In this document: positions 43,501 to 52,235 of the stretch, piece by piece
Layout: each line of letters opens with the position of its first letter
How positions within the stretch are numbered: position 1 is the stretch's first letter
Origin: Candidatus Micrarchaeota archaeon RBG_16_49_10
GTDB taxonomy: Archaea; Aenigmatarchaeota; Aenigmatarchaeia; CG10238-14
Reading direction: 5' to 3'
Length of the DNA: 64,000 nucleotides
NCBI GenBank assembly: GCA_001784635.1
Contig: MFRS01000003.1
Span: 138,763-202,762, forward strand
Notes under the pieces: generated by a model
The model's input: only the letters and a program-made list of their open reading frames with translations
Database searches by the model: none
Told to the model about the DNA's origin: nothing
Made by a program: the position numbers and the translations under genes

Positions 43501-44683
43501 CCAGCCTACCTATGAAAGCGGGACTTTCAAAGTTAATTTCACTCTAAGGCCTAGTTACAGAGTTCTTGATTACGGGGGAAGGGAGTCGGTGCTTTTTGAG
43601 GACTTCGACGACGAATTGATTTTCGAGATGGAACCGCCAACACCTCTGTACAGCGAAGAGTTTATTCTACCATCGGATACGACGGTTTTTGATGTCTCGG
43701 TGCGCCCTTTGAAGGTAAAGAATTTCGACAACACCACCATAAACTCTTTTGACATGGAATTTTTCTATGGTCAATGGCCGGAAAAGAACTTCTGGAGCAG
43801 CGAGGCAAGCCTGTTGGATGGTAGAAAGGAGTTCAAGGTGTTCGTTTCACCGGTAATCTATTTCGAGAATGGTACTACTGTAGTCTTCGAGGAGGTTGAG
43901 ATCTCTTTCCATTATACATCCCCAGTTGAGATTTTGGAGTTGGTTGCCGGAGACATCTATCAAAGCCACAATCAGCGGATAAACTTCACCGTCTTGAGCG
44001 GTTTAAACAGTTCAATCTCCATGAACGCGTCTCTGCTGATCGATAACGGAAACACAAAAACTCTAGAGAAGGCAACTTACCTAATTGAACCGGGCGTCAA
44101 TAAACTCTCTTACCAATTAAATGGGAATAATTATTTAGGCCCATATTCAGTTGCCCTGGGATTGACCAATGAAGATTATAGTATCGGTCCAAAGTACACG
44201 CACTTCAATGTGAGTCAAGAACCCAACGCCACAACTATTAAAAATTCAACAGAACCTTCAGATGAAAGTCAACCCATTCCCAGTTCCCATTCCAATTTCT
44301 CTCTTCCGGTGAAACTTAACAAAGTCCTAACTGAACAAAGCTTTATTGAAAGTTTACAGAACTTCTTTGAGAGGTTTTATCTGGAAAAGACGGTTGGAAA
44401 AGAGTATTTTCACTATAAGATTCCCGGCAAGGAGATTTGGGTAGATAGCAACGATGGCGCTACGAAATCATATTTTTATTTTGACGGCAAAGAACTCACT
44501 ATATACGAATACCCCGGATCGGTGATTTATACTTTACAGACATCTGACGGCGAAATGATTTTGGAAAAGAATAGAGGGTCTATCGGAAAGTACGGGGAGG
44601 GCAACCTTGCCGTTCTCGAGAGGGATATGGAACAGGCTATGAGAAAATACGGGATTGAAGCCAACCGTATCACCGGTAAATAG
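40595..44683 (+). CDS. Giant secreted, sequon-rich surface protein with a peptidase-C25 (gingipain)-like domain lacking the catalytic dyad
   Basis: 1362 aa with an N-terminal signal/anchor. About 35 N-x-S/T sequons by my manual scan. The C25-type motif DTPYGDVDDDGHLDLSVGRLLG lies near 42515-42600. The positions expected for His and Cys read YYSKGNSTNW and YYIKHDYSSN. Confidence 0.65.
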   Translation: MKFNRKLFIISYFLLVNISYAWWDESFDYCRELKLKEAAGVRREFEVADIVINTSNWGNQPFENSTRLVTGSCSGNGTEIPSQIYNKTVVAGYLQNFNLVFEANSSEFEQRTYSIYYSSSPKNRTTYNSILAVRQTQSWWVETDIYHFYYSLRSDEGLTVMKFVKDGDRYTNYAGSLGNTPLSILDAGPVGRFNNLSTGPLCFIYQRGNLTENVICRLCKSSPVISCEHTGNSPYSVKNHIFTWLFYGQNSSSLYYRTNLDSSPKPSNIAGYNMLQNFRYGVANTTKGTNFITVITNGTQDYSVDSQWTMINSLVYNDSFGLLLSTNPSITWRKALVAVTNESLDSSFQRTLNYSMAVDHPLDENFTLSGEHQINPKTEIRIKTEPEIIEGEPFDLLVDVQSDSSPLANLSSEDFHFSLGSFPIQKISFDNFLNGSYLFSTSLDFMDFGYKKINLKVNISGEDFFGDAEVLYLMRPGKSLILTGYDYENYTSAVLTGQPVLIYESNREFIDYYIREYQPSEVFQLGTNLALNNSHTVDSLETLHKIFPKIEGSRPTETDYIILSNTADKMSMFSVPYSIIRGGLVINATGSAEETKQILISEISRLHIPDSYIFEKNIFLLLVGTPTFTVDNPLPFGEPLNTDTPYGDVDDDGHLDLSVGRLLGSPESMSFQIEYSKFLQNRKTALLLSSYNIPAKYFDVLTGGGTLEESLGTEMTLRKKGFSVTKIVEKRSDYDELDFSVLQEVKEFFSLFGLLSGKNYEDLFGEAFGSVNSMILLAKAGDFLMYSIHEFDWSSWWNDFLNGQPSYPRHLPVLNEDNLLDNTGKNQIIIYYSKGNSTNWFLPINTTRFETEYKIFDPSNLDFNPAFYYIKHDYSSNIVGKIFDRGAVAAVAIDGQVSELHSGRFATVFFKNFDKPIGVSLKEAKNWNLETSNASEFGRHFCMEEYYKPGLIGDPALSFDPQLILEKTIQPTYESGTFKVNFTLRPSYRVLDYGGRESVLFEDFDDELIFEMEPPTPLYSEEFILPSDTTVFDVSVRPLKVKNFDNTTINSFDMEFFYGQWPEKNFWSSEASLLDGRKEFKVFVSPVIYFENGTTVVFEEVEISFHYTSPVEILELVAGDIYQSHNQRINFTVLSGLNSSISMNASLLIDNGNTKTLEKATYLIEPGVNKLSYQLNGNNYLGPYSVALGLTNEDYSIGPKYTHFNVSQEPNATTIKNSTEPSDESQPIPSSHSNFSLPVKLNKVLTEQSFIESLQNFFERFYLEKTVGKEYFHYKIPGKEIWVDSNDGATKSYFYFDGKELTIYEYPGSVIYTLQTSDGEMILEKNRGSIGKYGEGNLAVLERDMEQAMRKYGIEANRITGK

Positions 44684-44703
44684 AAAAATAAAATAAAAAA
44701 AGG

Positions 44704-45900
44704 CTATGTTGGCGTGGTAGTAACTTCTATGGTTGTTGTTTCGGTATTTTCGGTTGTCGTCTCTTGCAATGTGGTCGTTTCCTGAGGGGTTGTAGTTTCA
44801 GTCAGCGTTGTAGTCTCGGTTGTAGTCGTGCTCTCCGTCGTGGCAGGCTCTGTTGTTGTACTTTCCCCTTCCGCTTCAAGTATCTTTATTGTGGGTTTCA
44901 ACTTGTACCTGCCGCTGCCCGTCGACACTACTGATTTGTCGGCATCGAAGTCGATAGTCACTATTGTGACTTTACCCTCCTCTATGTCGAACTCGTTGAC
45001 AAGCTTCAAGGACTTGCTTGTAATCTCCAAATCGCTCGCCCCTCCTGTAGTCACTATAGTTGCATTGGAAATGTAGAGTCTCACTTGGGTGTACTTCCCG
45101 ACGCTAAGGTCCTTGGATGCCAGGAACTCCTTGACGTCCTTTATCTTGAGGAGGTCAAATTCCTTCGGCTCCTCGGTGACTGTTACCCACCCGCTTTCAT
45201 TTACCGAGTCGTTTTCACTTGCTTTGTGTACTTCCACCTTGCTTATTGTCACTAGAACGCTTGTTATATTACCTGATACCGGTTTGTCCGTGATTTGCAT
45301 CAAAAGCGTGCCTTTTCCTGTCACCACTTTCCTTTGCGTCGTGCCTACTTGTCCTTTTTTCAATGTCGTGGTCGTGATTTTGAGTGTCGTTCCTACTTTA
45401 GGCTCTTCTTCAATTTCCCTGACTCTTTCTTTAACCTCTTCAGTTTTGTCTATAGCGCTCTGTATGGAATCCTTTGCGGTCTCTGGGACCTTCGCCAAGA
45501 CCAATTGCAGTACAGCTTTGTGTTTCTCTGTGGAGTTCTCTATCTCCTTGACAATCTGCGAAACATTCTGCCCTATCCCCTTGGATATGTTGATTTCTTT
45601 CTCGGCACTCGAAAGTTCCTTTTCGTACTCCTCGACAAGCCCCTTGACCCTTTCAGTATTGTTTAAGTATATGGCTTTGGCTTCCCCCAGCCTCTCTTTG
45701 GCCAGTCCCAAGTGCATCTTCGCCTTTTCGATATGCCTCCAAGTGAAGATCATCTGCGTCTTTTCCCACCCTCTCTTGAGGGCGTAGGCCCAGTGGCCTG
45801 GAACCACCTTTGGGGTCGGCAAGTCGTCCTGCGCAATCGCTAGTATCGGAACCACCAATAGAGCAATCCCGAATAAGACAAGAATTCTTTTGTCAATCAT
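44704..45900 (-). CDS. Secreted DUF5667/DUF4382-like protein with Thr-rich C-terminal tail
   Basis: 398 aa with a signal peptide. A helical HWAYALKRGWEKTQ...LAKERLGEAKA region, a DUF4382-like beta domain (LLMQITDKPVSGNITSVLVTISKVEVHK...EFDLLKIKD...YTQVRLYI), and a tail of TTTE-type repeats. Confidence 0.6.
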   Translation of the reverse strand: MIDKRILVLFGIALLVVPILAIAQDDLPTPKVVPGHWAYALKRGWEKTQMIFTWRHIEKAKMHLGLAKERLGEAKAIYLNNTERVKGLVEEYEKELSSAEKEINISKGIGQNVSQIVKEIENSTEKHKAVLQLVLAKVPETAKDSIQSAIDKTEEVKERVREIEEEPKVGTTLKITTTTLKKGQVGTTQRKVVTGKGTLLMQITDKPVSGNITSVLVTISKVEVHKASENDSVNESGWVTVTEEPKEFDLLKIKDVKEFLASKDLSVGKYTQVRLYISNATIVTTGGASDLEITSKSLKLVNEFDIEEGKVTIVTIDFDADKSVVSTGSGRYKLKPTIKILEAEGESTTTEPATTESTTTTETTTLTETTTPQETTTLQETTTENTETTTIEVTTTPT

Positions 45901-46079
45901 ACTGAATTATTAGGTTTGGGTAATTAAGTATTTGGCTTAAGCCAGAAAAACAATAGTTCCACCTTATTTAGTTGATGTCCGCCTTCCAGCCAGGGCATGA
46001 AATTTTGTTGTTTCTGTTGTTGAAGAAAATGTGACAATATGTGGATATTTATGAACACACATAAAAGAATACAAAAAGT

Positions 46080-46838
46080 TTATTTTAGGTTTGAAATTTC
46101 TTCAGCTTTTTTCCATGTCAAATAAAAATAATCACTTAAAGCCGTCGCGAAGTCTTTGTTTTTGATATGAATAATTATCCTATCATCTCTATCTTTGGGG
46201 TTAACTATGGTCAAAACCCCCTCTTTCTTATCGATTATTGTTATTCTAAAATGTTCTATTGGATAATATTTGACTTCTTCTCCCATTTTCATCTTTTCTA
46301 TGATAAATTGTTTATTTTCCAAAGAAGTCGCTAGAATCTTTATTTTCACGCCTCTTTTCATTGCGTTGACTTCTTCACGATGAATACTGAATGGCGCTTT
46401 TCTATCAAAAGTGTATATTCCTAACATTTCCTTTTCGGATCTATAAATCACATCTCGAATTGTATTCCACATTTCACTATATCCGGAAGTTATGGAAATG
46501 CTTTCTTCTATCTTGTTTAAAGGTTGAACCCTTTTTTTAATTGTTTTCACTCTATTCATCAATTCTTCTTCCTGTTTTACTAATTCATCTTTTTTGCTTT
46601 CTATATAATTTTTAAGTGCTGTTTCAGGTTTTATTATTTTGAAGGTTTTTGGTTTTACTGGAATTATGGATATAAGACCCTTTTTTTCCAACTTTTCTAG
46701 TATATTGTAGGTTCTCCCATTAGGGACTCTACTTTTTTCGGAAATGTCCTTACCTTTCAACGTTTCATATTGCAAAAGCGTAATATACACCTTTATTTCA
46801 TAATCCGAAAAACCCAACTCTCTCAATATCCCATCCAT
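46080..46838 (-). CDS. TrmB-family transcriptional regulator
   Basis: 252 aa. LGFSDYEIKVYITLLQYETLKGKDISEKSRVPNGRTYNILEKLEKKGLI is a wHTH. AT-rich gene. Confidence 0.75.
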   Translation of the reverse strand: MDGILRELGFSDYEIKVYITLLQYETLKGKDISEKSRVPNGRTYNILEKLEKKGLISIIPVKPKTFKIIKPETALKNYIESKKDELVKQEEELMNRVKTIKKRVQPLNKIEESISITSGYSEMWNTIRDVIYRSEKEMLGIYTFDRKAPFSIHREEVNAMKRGVKIKILATSLENKQFIIEKMKMGEEVKYYPIEHFRITIIDKKEGVLTIVNPKDRDDRIIIHIKNKDFATALSDYFYLTWKKAEEISNLK

Positions 46839-46910
46839 TTACAACTCCTCATAGTTGTTAATAACAAATATAAGTTGTTACTACTATTTAAAGATTACTT
46901 TGGTGTTAAT

Positions 46911-47228
46911 ATGAAAAACGTTATTTTAGAATTAATTAATGGAGAACAAATTGGTACATTTACTTATGGGACTTTTCATTTCTTAGGAAAATATTCACCT
47001 TCAAAAGATTATGGAGATTTTTTTCTTTTTACTTCAGGACCAGAAATAGCGGAAAGTGTGCCTTATGAAGATTTTTTAAGAAATTATTCTAAATTTGAAC
47101 CTCAAATTGGAATGTATCCAGTTAAAATAAGATCTCTTGGAAGTTTATGTAGAAAATTAGGAAAAAATCCGATAGCCAGGGTTTATAAAGTTCCAATAGG
47201 TTCTATAACGATTGAAAAAAATATTTGA
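46911..47228 (+). CDS. Small hypothetical protein
   Basis: I trim the track ORF to the ATG at 46911 (MKNVILELINGEQ...), 105 aa. No motif. AT-rich. Confidence 0.4.
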   Translation: MKNVILELINGEQIGTFTYGTFHFLGKYSPSKDYGDFFLFTSGPEIAESVPYEDFLRNYSKFEPQIGMYPVKIRSLGSLCRKLGKNPIARVYKVPIGSITIEKNI

Positions 47229-47351
47229 TTTCTAATACCCTCATAATGAGAGCTATTTATACTTCTAGCATTGACTGGTCATTAGAAAATGAGGTCAAAA
47301 CATTCCAGCAGAAACAATAAAAAAAAGGTTCAAGGGGCGCGACATTTCACC

Positions 47352-48287
47352 TTATTCCAAAAATTCGACATCGTCCACAATACCGTCCCCGTCAACATCA
47401 ACCCCCCTGACAACGCTGCCTATAATTTTTTTGTTGAGGGAATTGCCTTCCATGATTTTTTTCGTGTACTTCATCAGCGCAATCACGCCTGCCAAAGACC
47501 CAGTGAACCCCTTACCAGCAACAACAAGTATCTCCTTCCCTTCTTTGAAAGGGCTTGCTATCCTCGTCACAAACCCTATATACTTGTCCCTGTAGGTGCT
47601 CCTTGAGATGCTCGACACTATGTTCCAGTCCTTCAGCTCCTCCGAGTAGTCGAAGTATATCGGGAGATTCTGGTTCACCTTTTCTGTGACCATGTTGGCC
47701 TTTGGCCCGCCAATCAGTATCAGGTTGTTCTTCAAGTCAGCCTCTTTGGTCTGTGTGTCGAGTTTGTAGATCGGTAGCTCTATGTCTTTCAGGAACTTGC
47801 CGAAGAACATCGATAGGTTTATCACACAATAGCCGTCGGACGAAGGGCATTTGTACTTCCCGTGCAGATCCGGGCTCCCGATTATTATCAGGGAATTTAG
47901 TTTCTGGTTCTCGATGAAGGGTTTCAGGAATTTGAGCTCGGGGACTTTAGTCTTGAAGTCGTTGATCGCCTCACCGTCATGTATCTTGAACGAGACTGTC
48001 GGTGAGACCAGGGAATATATTTTGGCGGTTGCCCCAACCCTCTCCTCAACCCTGTCTACCCTAATTATCCCTACGGCCTCCAATTTCCTTATGTGGTAAT
48101 ATATCTTCTGCTCATGCTCCTTCAGCCTCCTCGCTATGTCCATAGCGCACATAGGGTACTTGGCTAGTTCCTTCAAGATTTTGTGGCTAAGGTCGCTTGA
48201 CATGACTGAAAGCGCCTTTGGGGTTTTCATCAGCAGGGTCTCGTACGCCTGCTGGCCGTTTTCCGAATCGTCGACGTAGAATTTCAT
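47352..48287 (-). CDS. wHTH (ArsR/TrmB-like) N-terminal domain protein with an uncharacterised C-terminal domain and an acidic DxDGDG tail
   Basis: 311 aa. HKILKELAKYPMCAMDIARRLKEHEQKIYYHIRKLEAVGII, and a C-terminus VDVDGDGIVDDVEFLE (EF-hand/dockerin-like). Confidence 0.55.
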   Translation of the reverse strand: MKFYVDDSENGQQAYETLLMKTPKALSVMSSDLSHKILKELAKYPMCAMDIARRLKEHEQKIYYHIRKLEAVGIIRVDRVEERVGATAKIYSLVSPTVSFKIHDGEAINDFKTKVPELKFLKPFIENQKLNSLIIIGSPDLHGKYKCPSSDGYCVINLSMFFGKFLKDIELPIYKLDTQTKEADLKNNLILIGGPKANMVTEKVNQNLPIYFDYSEELKDWNIVSSISRSTYRDKYIGFVTRIASPFKEGKEILVVAGKGFTGSLAGVIALMKYTKKIMEGNSLNKKIIGSVVRGVDVDGDGIVDDVEFLE

Positions 48288-48521
48288 ACGTTATAAAATG
48301 AATTTTAACATTAAAATACTTTTTTTATATGTTATGCCTTAATTTAGCTTTATTTGAACTCTTCGTTTTCACGGTTTAAAAGTGGTTTTTAGGCTTGTTT
48401 TTTATATCTGGATGCCAAATAAGATTACAGGGAAGAGAAGGAGGCAAACCCCCAAGAGGTCATCTTAAGTGTAAATTTGCGCCTCCGACCCCGGCCCACT
48501 TTTTCTTTTTTTCTGAAAGAT

Positions 48522-50336
48522 TCACATGATTTCCGGAGTCTCTATTCCCAAGAGGTCAAGACAATTCTTCAGCGTCACTTTGAAGGCCTCTGTCAGCGTG
48601 AGCCTGAAGTCCCTAAGTTCCCCTTCCGATTTTATGACAGGGCACGCATGGTAGAATGTACTGAAAGTCTCGGCCAGGTCATATGCATAATCCGCAATCA
48701 GATTGGGCTTGTACTCGACGGTCGATTTTCCCACAACCTCCGGGAAACCCACCAGCTTCTTCACAAGCATGCCTTCCTCCGGAGCAAGGTTATCCACCTT
48801 AAAAATCTTCTTGAAGCTACCTGCCTTTTCGAGAATTTTACCCGCTCTAACATGCGCATACTGGAGATAAGGACTGGAATCCCCTTCAAAGGATAGTGAC
48901 TCCTCAACATCGAACGAAATTTCTTTCGTTGTGCTTATTTTCAACATAGAGTATTTTACTGCCCCTATGGCCACCATCTCAGAAATCTTATCCATCTCCT
49001 TTTCAGAGTAGCCCCTGTCTTTCAAAACTCCTTTAAGTTTGCTCTTCGCCTCGTTCATTATGTCCTCGGCCACGACAACATTCCCCAGTCTCGATGACAT
49101 CTTCCCTTCCTTCAGCCTTACCCATCCATACACCAGATGGAACTGCCTGTCCTTGAATTTTTGCGGATCCAACAACTCCTCAACCTTGAAGGTAACCTTG
49201 AAGAAGCTCGACTGCTCTGGCCCGACCACATGCAAACACTTCTCTATCTTGCCGAACTCCGAGAATTCCATCTGCGCTAGCTTCAGCTCTTTGGCCTCGT
49301 ATGTAGGTAGCCCCATGTTGTTCACAAAAACCCTCTTATCTAACCCGTACGGCTCCCCGTCAAATATTATGGCCCCCTCGCTTTTTTTGAGAACGCCCTT
49401 TCTCTCAGCCTCGTTCGCAAGGTCAACACCGGCCAGGCACTCGCTTTCGAAGTAATAACGGTCGAAGTGGCTGTAGACCCTTCTGTACACCTTCTCAAAA
49501 TGCTCAAGGCTCCATAATCTAGTCCTTTTCCAAATCATGTAAACCTTGTCGATGTCCACACCCTTCCCCTGGACGAACTTCAAATAATCGGTCGAACCGG
49601 GCTCAAGGCCCCTCTCCTCCTTGTTGAACCTCTGGGCCGAGGCATAGACGAGGGAGTTCATATCATTTATCGCGGACTTCGCCTTGTCGTTCTCCTCGTA
49701 AGCCTTGCTGCCCGCCGCATAACACTTGCCCAGAAAGGCCATTTTTTCCTCTATTGTTTTGAGGCCGTTCAGGACTTCCTCATAATTTTCCGTGTTCAGT
49801 ATTCCGTACAGGCATTTCGCTATATGGAGGCCCACATCCCCCTGGTAGTTCACCCTTATCACCTCATGGCCGGTGAACTCAAAAATCCTGACCATGGCCT
49901 CGCCTATCGATATGTTCCTTAGATGCCCTATATGGAAGAGCTTGTGGGTGTTGGGGTGCGCGAATTCCACCATGTATTTCTTCCCCTTTCCCATATCGGA
50001 CGAGCCGTAATGGTTTTTCTTATTCAGGATTTCCTTCAGGGTCATTTGGGACAGCTTCCCAAGGGACAGATAGAAGTTTATGTACCCGCCTTTGACAGCC
50101 ACCCTTTCAATGACCGAGCCCTTCGGGACTTTAATCCCGTTGGCAATCTCCTGGGCTATGTGGTTCGGGGACTTCTTCAACTCCTTCGAGAGCGAGAATG
50201 AGATGTTGCATGCTATGTCGCCCATCTCAGGGTTCGGTGGCACCTCGAGCGTGCTGGCGATGTCGCGCGACTCGATAAGATCGATGCCTTCCAGAACCCC
50301 AACTATTTCGGACTTTATCATTTCGTTTATGGTCAT
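48522..50336 (-). CDS. argS: Arginine--tRNA ligase
   Basis: 604 aa. HPNTHKLFHIGHLRN (HIGH) and an MSSR-type KMSKS region (GKMSSRLGN). The terminal Met is typical of ArgRS. Confidence 0.95.
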   Translation of the reverse strand: MTINEMIKSEIVGVLEGIDLIESRDIASTLEVPPNPEMGDIACNISFSLSKELKKSPNHIAQEIANGIKVPKGSVIERVAVKGGYINFYLSLGKLSQMTLKEILNKKNHYGSSDMGKGKKYMVEFAHPNTHKLFHIGHLRNISIGEAMVRIFEFTGHEVIRVNYQGDVGLHIAKCLYGILNTENYEEVLNGLKTIEEKMAFLGKCYAAGSKAYEENDKAKSAINDMNSLVYASAQRFNKEERGLEPGSTDYLKFVQGKGVDIDKVYMIWKRTRLWSLEHFEKVYRRVYSHFDRYYFESECLAGVDLANEAERKGVLKKSEGAIIFDGEPYGLDKRVFVNNMGLPTYEAKELKLAQMEFSEFGKIEKCLHVVGPEQSSFFKVTFKVEELLDPQKFKDRQFHLVYGWVRLKEGKMSSRLGNVVVAEDIMNEAKSKLKGVLKDRGYSEKEMDKISEMVAIGAVKYSMLKISTTKEISFDVEESLSFEGDSSPYLQYAHVRAGKILEKAGSFKKIFKVDNLAPEEGMLVKKLVGFPEVVGKSTVEYKPNLIADYAYDLAETFSTFYHACPVIKSEGELRDFRLTLTEAFKVTLKNCLDLLGIETPEIM

Positions 50337-50345
50337 ACGCTCTAA

Positions 50346-51191
50346 CTATCTTTTAATTCTTGACCTTAAAATAACTAAAACCTCGACAAACACGAGGGAT
50401 AGGAACGCCATTGTAAACAAGACCCCCTCACCGTAAAAGTTTATCAGGCCGTAGAAACCGAACAGGTAAAACGGCACACGAACCAGCCAGTCTATATTTT
50501 CGCTCGTCTTCGGCTTCCCACCCTTCCTTATGAACAATAGCGATAACAATGCCAACAGAACTACAAGGAGCATTTCGTAAGACTTGGTAAGGTAGCTTGA
50601 AACTGGCTCTATAAGGGCGAAGGCTAGAAAAACCAGGAGGTAGGCTCCGAATGTCGAAAACACAAGGAGAGGGTACCTTAGCCTTTCATTCATCTTGGCG
50701 CTGGTAAGCTTCCTGTACATGAGGGAGAAGAAGAAAGTCACCAGGAACCATCCCATATAGTTGTTGGCGGGGACGCCGAACCACCCTTCATGGAAGCTAT
50801 AACCCCTCCAATACCAGAAGCCAAACCTTATGGCGAAGACGTCGATGGCCAGATCGACCAGCAGCACCAGGAGGGCGTCTACAAAAGGTTTTGAACTTTC
50901 CTTTACACCCAGGCTGTTCGTGAGAAAATACGCCGAATAAATCAGGGAAGCCCATGAAAAAGCGACGAAAATCGGCAAATCGCCGATAAACAAATGGAAG
51001 CCTTGGCTGTAATAGTACCCCGCAGGCTTATTCGCCGAGAGCATCATGTTCAAATTCTCGAATAGTATCGAATAGAGAAACACGATGAACAGCAGGAAAA
51101 CGTATTTCTTCCCTTTTTTAAAGGCGTGGATGAGGCAGGCCATGAATATCAGAAAGGTCCCAAATTCCACCGCGAGCATCAGACTTGCCAT
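50346..51191 (-). CDS. Polytopic membrane protein, possibly DUF422/carotenoid-biosynthesis-protein family
   Basis: 281 aa, about 7 TM helices, with the segment HEGWFGVPANNYMGWF. The family call is tentative. Confidence 0.45.
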   Translation of the reverse strand: MASLMLAVEFGTFLIFMACLIHAFKKGKKYVFLLFIVFLYSILFENLNMMLSANKPAGYYYSQGFHLFIGDLPIFVAFSWASLIYSAYFLTNSLGVKESSKPFVDALLVLLVDLAIDVFAIRFGFWYWRGYSFHEGWFGVPANNYMGWFLVTFFFSLMYRKLTSAKMNERLRYPLLVFSTFGAYLLVFLAFALIEPVSSYLTKSYEMLLVVLLALLSLLFIRKGGKPKTSENIDWLVRVPFYLFGFYGLINFYGEGVLFTMAFLSLVFVEVLVILRSRIKR

Positions 51192-51287
51192 ACAGAAAGA
51201 GATTTAAATTGCAACTTTTAATTATCTTTTCAATGTTCAGAAGAGAGACGCCTTAAACCTAATTCTGCTAACGTCTAGTCTTCAGAG

Positions 51288-52235
51288 GTGATTATCTTGT
51301 CTATCGTAAAAGATTTCAAGTGGCATAAGGGGACCAAAGTCTCAGGCTTAATGGAAAGCCTAGGCAGCTCTGGCTTCCAGGGCATCGAATTGAAGAGGGC
51401 GACGGACTGCATCGTCAAGATGAGGAGGGAGGGAGCTAAGATCTATCTGACCTTCACCTCCAATATGGTGACTTCAGGGCTTAGAGGGTTCTTTGCCCAG
51501 GTCGTCAGCCTCGGCATGGCCAATGTCGTGATAACCACTGTGGGCAGCATAGAGGAGGACATAATGAAGGCGATGGGTGAGAGCTTCTTCATAGGGAAGT
51601 ACCACAGCGACGACGTTTCACTCCACGAAAAGGGGACCAACAGGGTCGGAAATCTTTTGATAAAGAACGAAAGCTACGAGAGGTTCGAGGCATGGACCAG
51701 GAACATGCTTGAGAAGCTTTACGCAAAGAAAAAAAGGTACTCTGTCGTTGAGCTACTAAGGGAGATAGGATTGCTCTTGGTGGACGAAGATTCCATACTC
51801 TATCAATGCTCGAAAAACAATATCCCGATATTCTGCCCTGCAATCACTGACGGAGCCTTCGGCTTCCACCTGTTCATGTTCCAACAGGACCATCCTGATT
51901 TCATAGTGGATGTGATTCAGGATTTCAAGGGTTTGGTCTTCAGCTCGAGCTACGATGACAAGAAGGGGATAATAGCTTTGGGTGGCGGCGTATCTAAACA
52001 CCATGCTATACTCGGGACTCTCCTAAGCGGCGGGGCTGATTTCGCAGTCTACATGACCACTGCGCACGAACATTCCGGTAGCTTGAGCGGGGCGACGACC
52101 AGGGAGGCGAAGAGCTGGGGCAAGATAAAGGACGATGCCGATGCGGTTACAGTGATAGGCGATGTCAGCGTGTTCTTCCCATTGGCGATGTTCGCTGCGC
52201 TCGATATACTGTCAGAGGAAGGTTTGGTGAAATGA
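51288..52235 (+). CDS. dys: Deoxyhypusine synthase
   Basis: 315 aa. LTFTSNMVTSGLRG, VITTVGSIEEDIMK and AITDGAFG motifs. Confidence 0.9.
   Translation: MIILSIVKDFKWHKGTKVSGLMESLGSSGFQGIELKRATDCIVKMRREGAKIYLTFTSNMVTSGLRGFFAQVVSLGMANVVITTVGSIEEDIMKAMGESFFIGKYHSDDVSLHEKGTNRVGNLLIKNESYERFEAWTRNMLEKLYAKKKRYSVVELLREIGLLLVDEDSILYQCSKNNIPIFCPAITDGAFGFHLFMFQQDHPDFIVDVIQDFKGLVFSSSYDDKKGIIALGGGVSKHHAILGTLLSGGADFAVYMTTAHEHSGSLSGATTREAKSWGKIKDDADAVTVIGDVSVFFPLAMFAALDILSEEGLVK

Noticed and set aside
44707-44860. Repetitive ggttgtagt-type DNA that might be a tandem-repeat array or a CRISPR-like feature
   Set aside because: It is simply the coding sequence of the Thr/Glu-rich tail (TTTE repeats) of the secreted protein. 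The repeats are irregular and there is no spacer structure.
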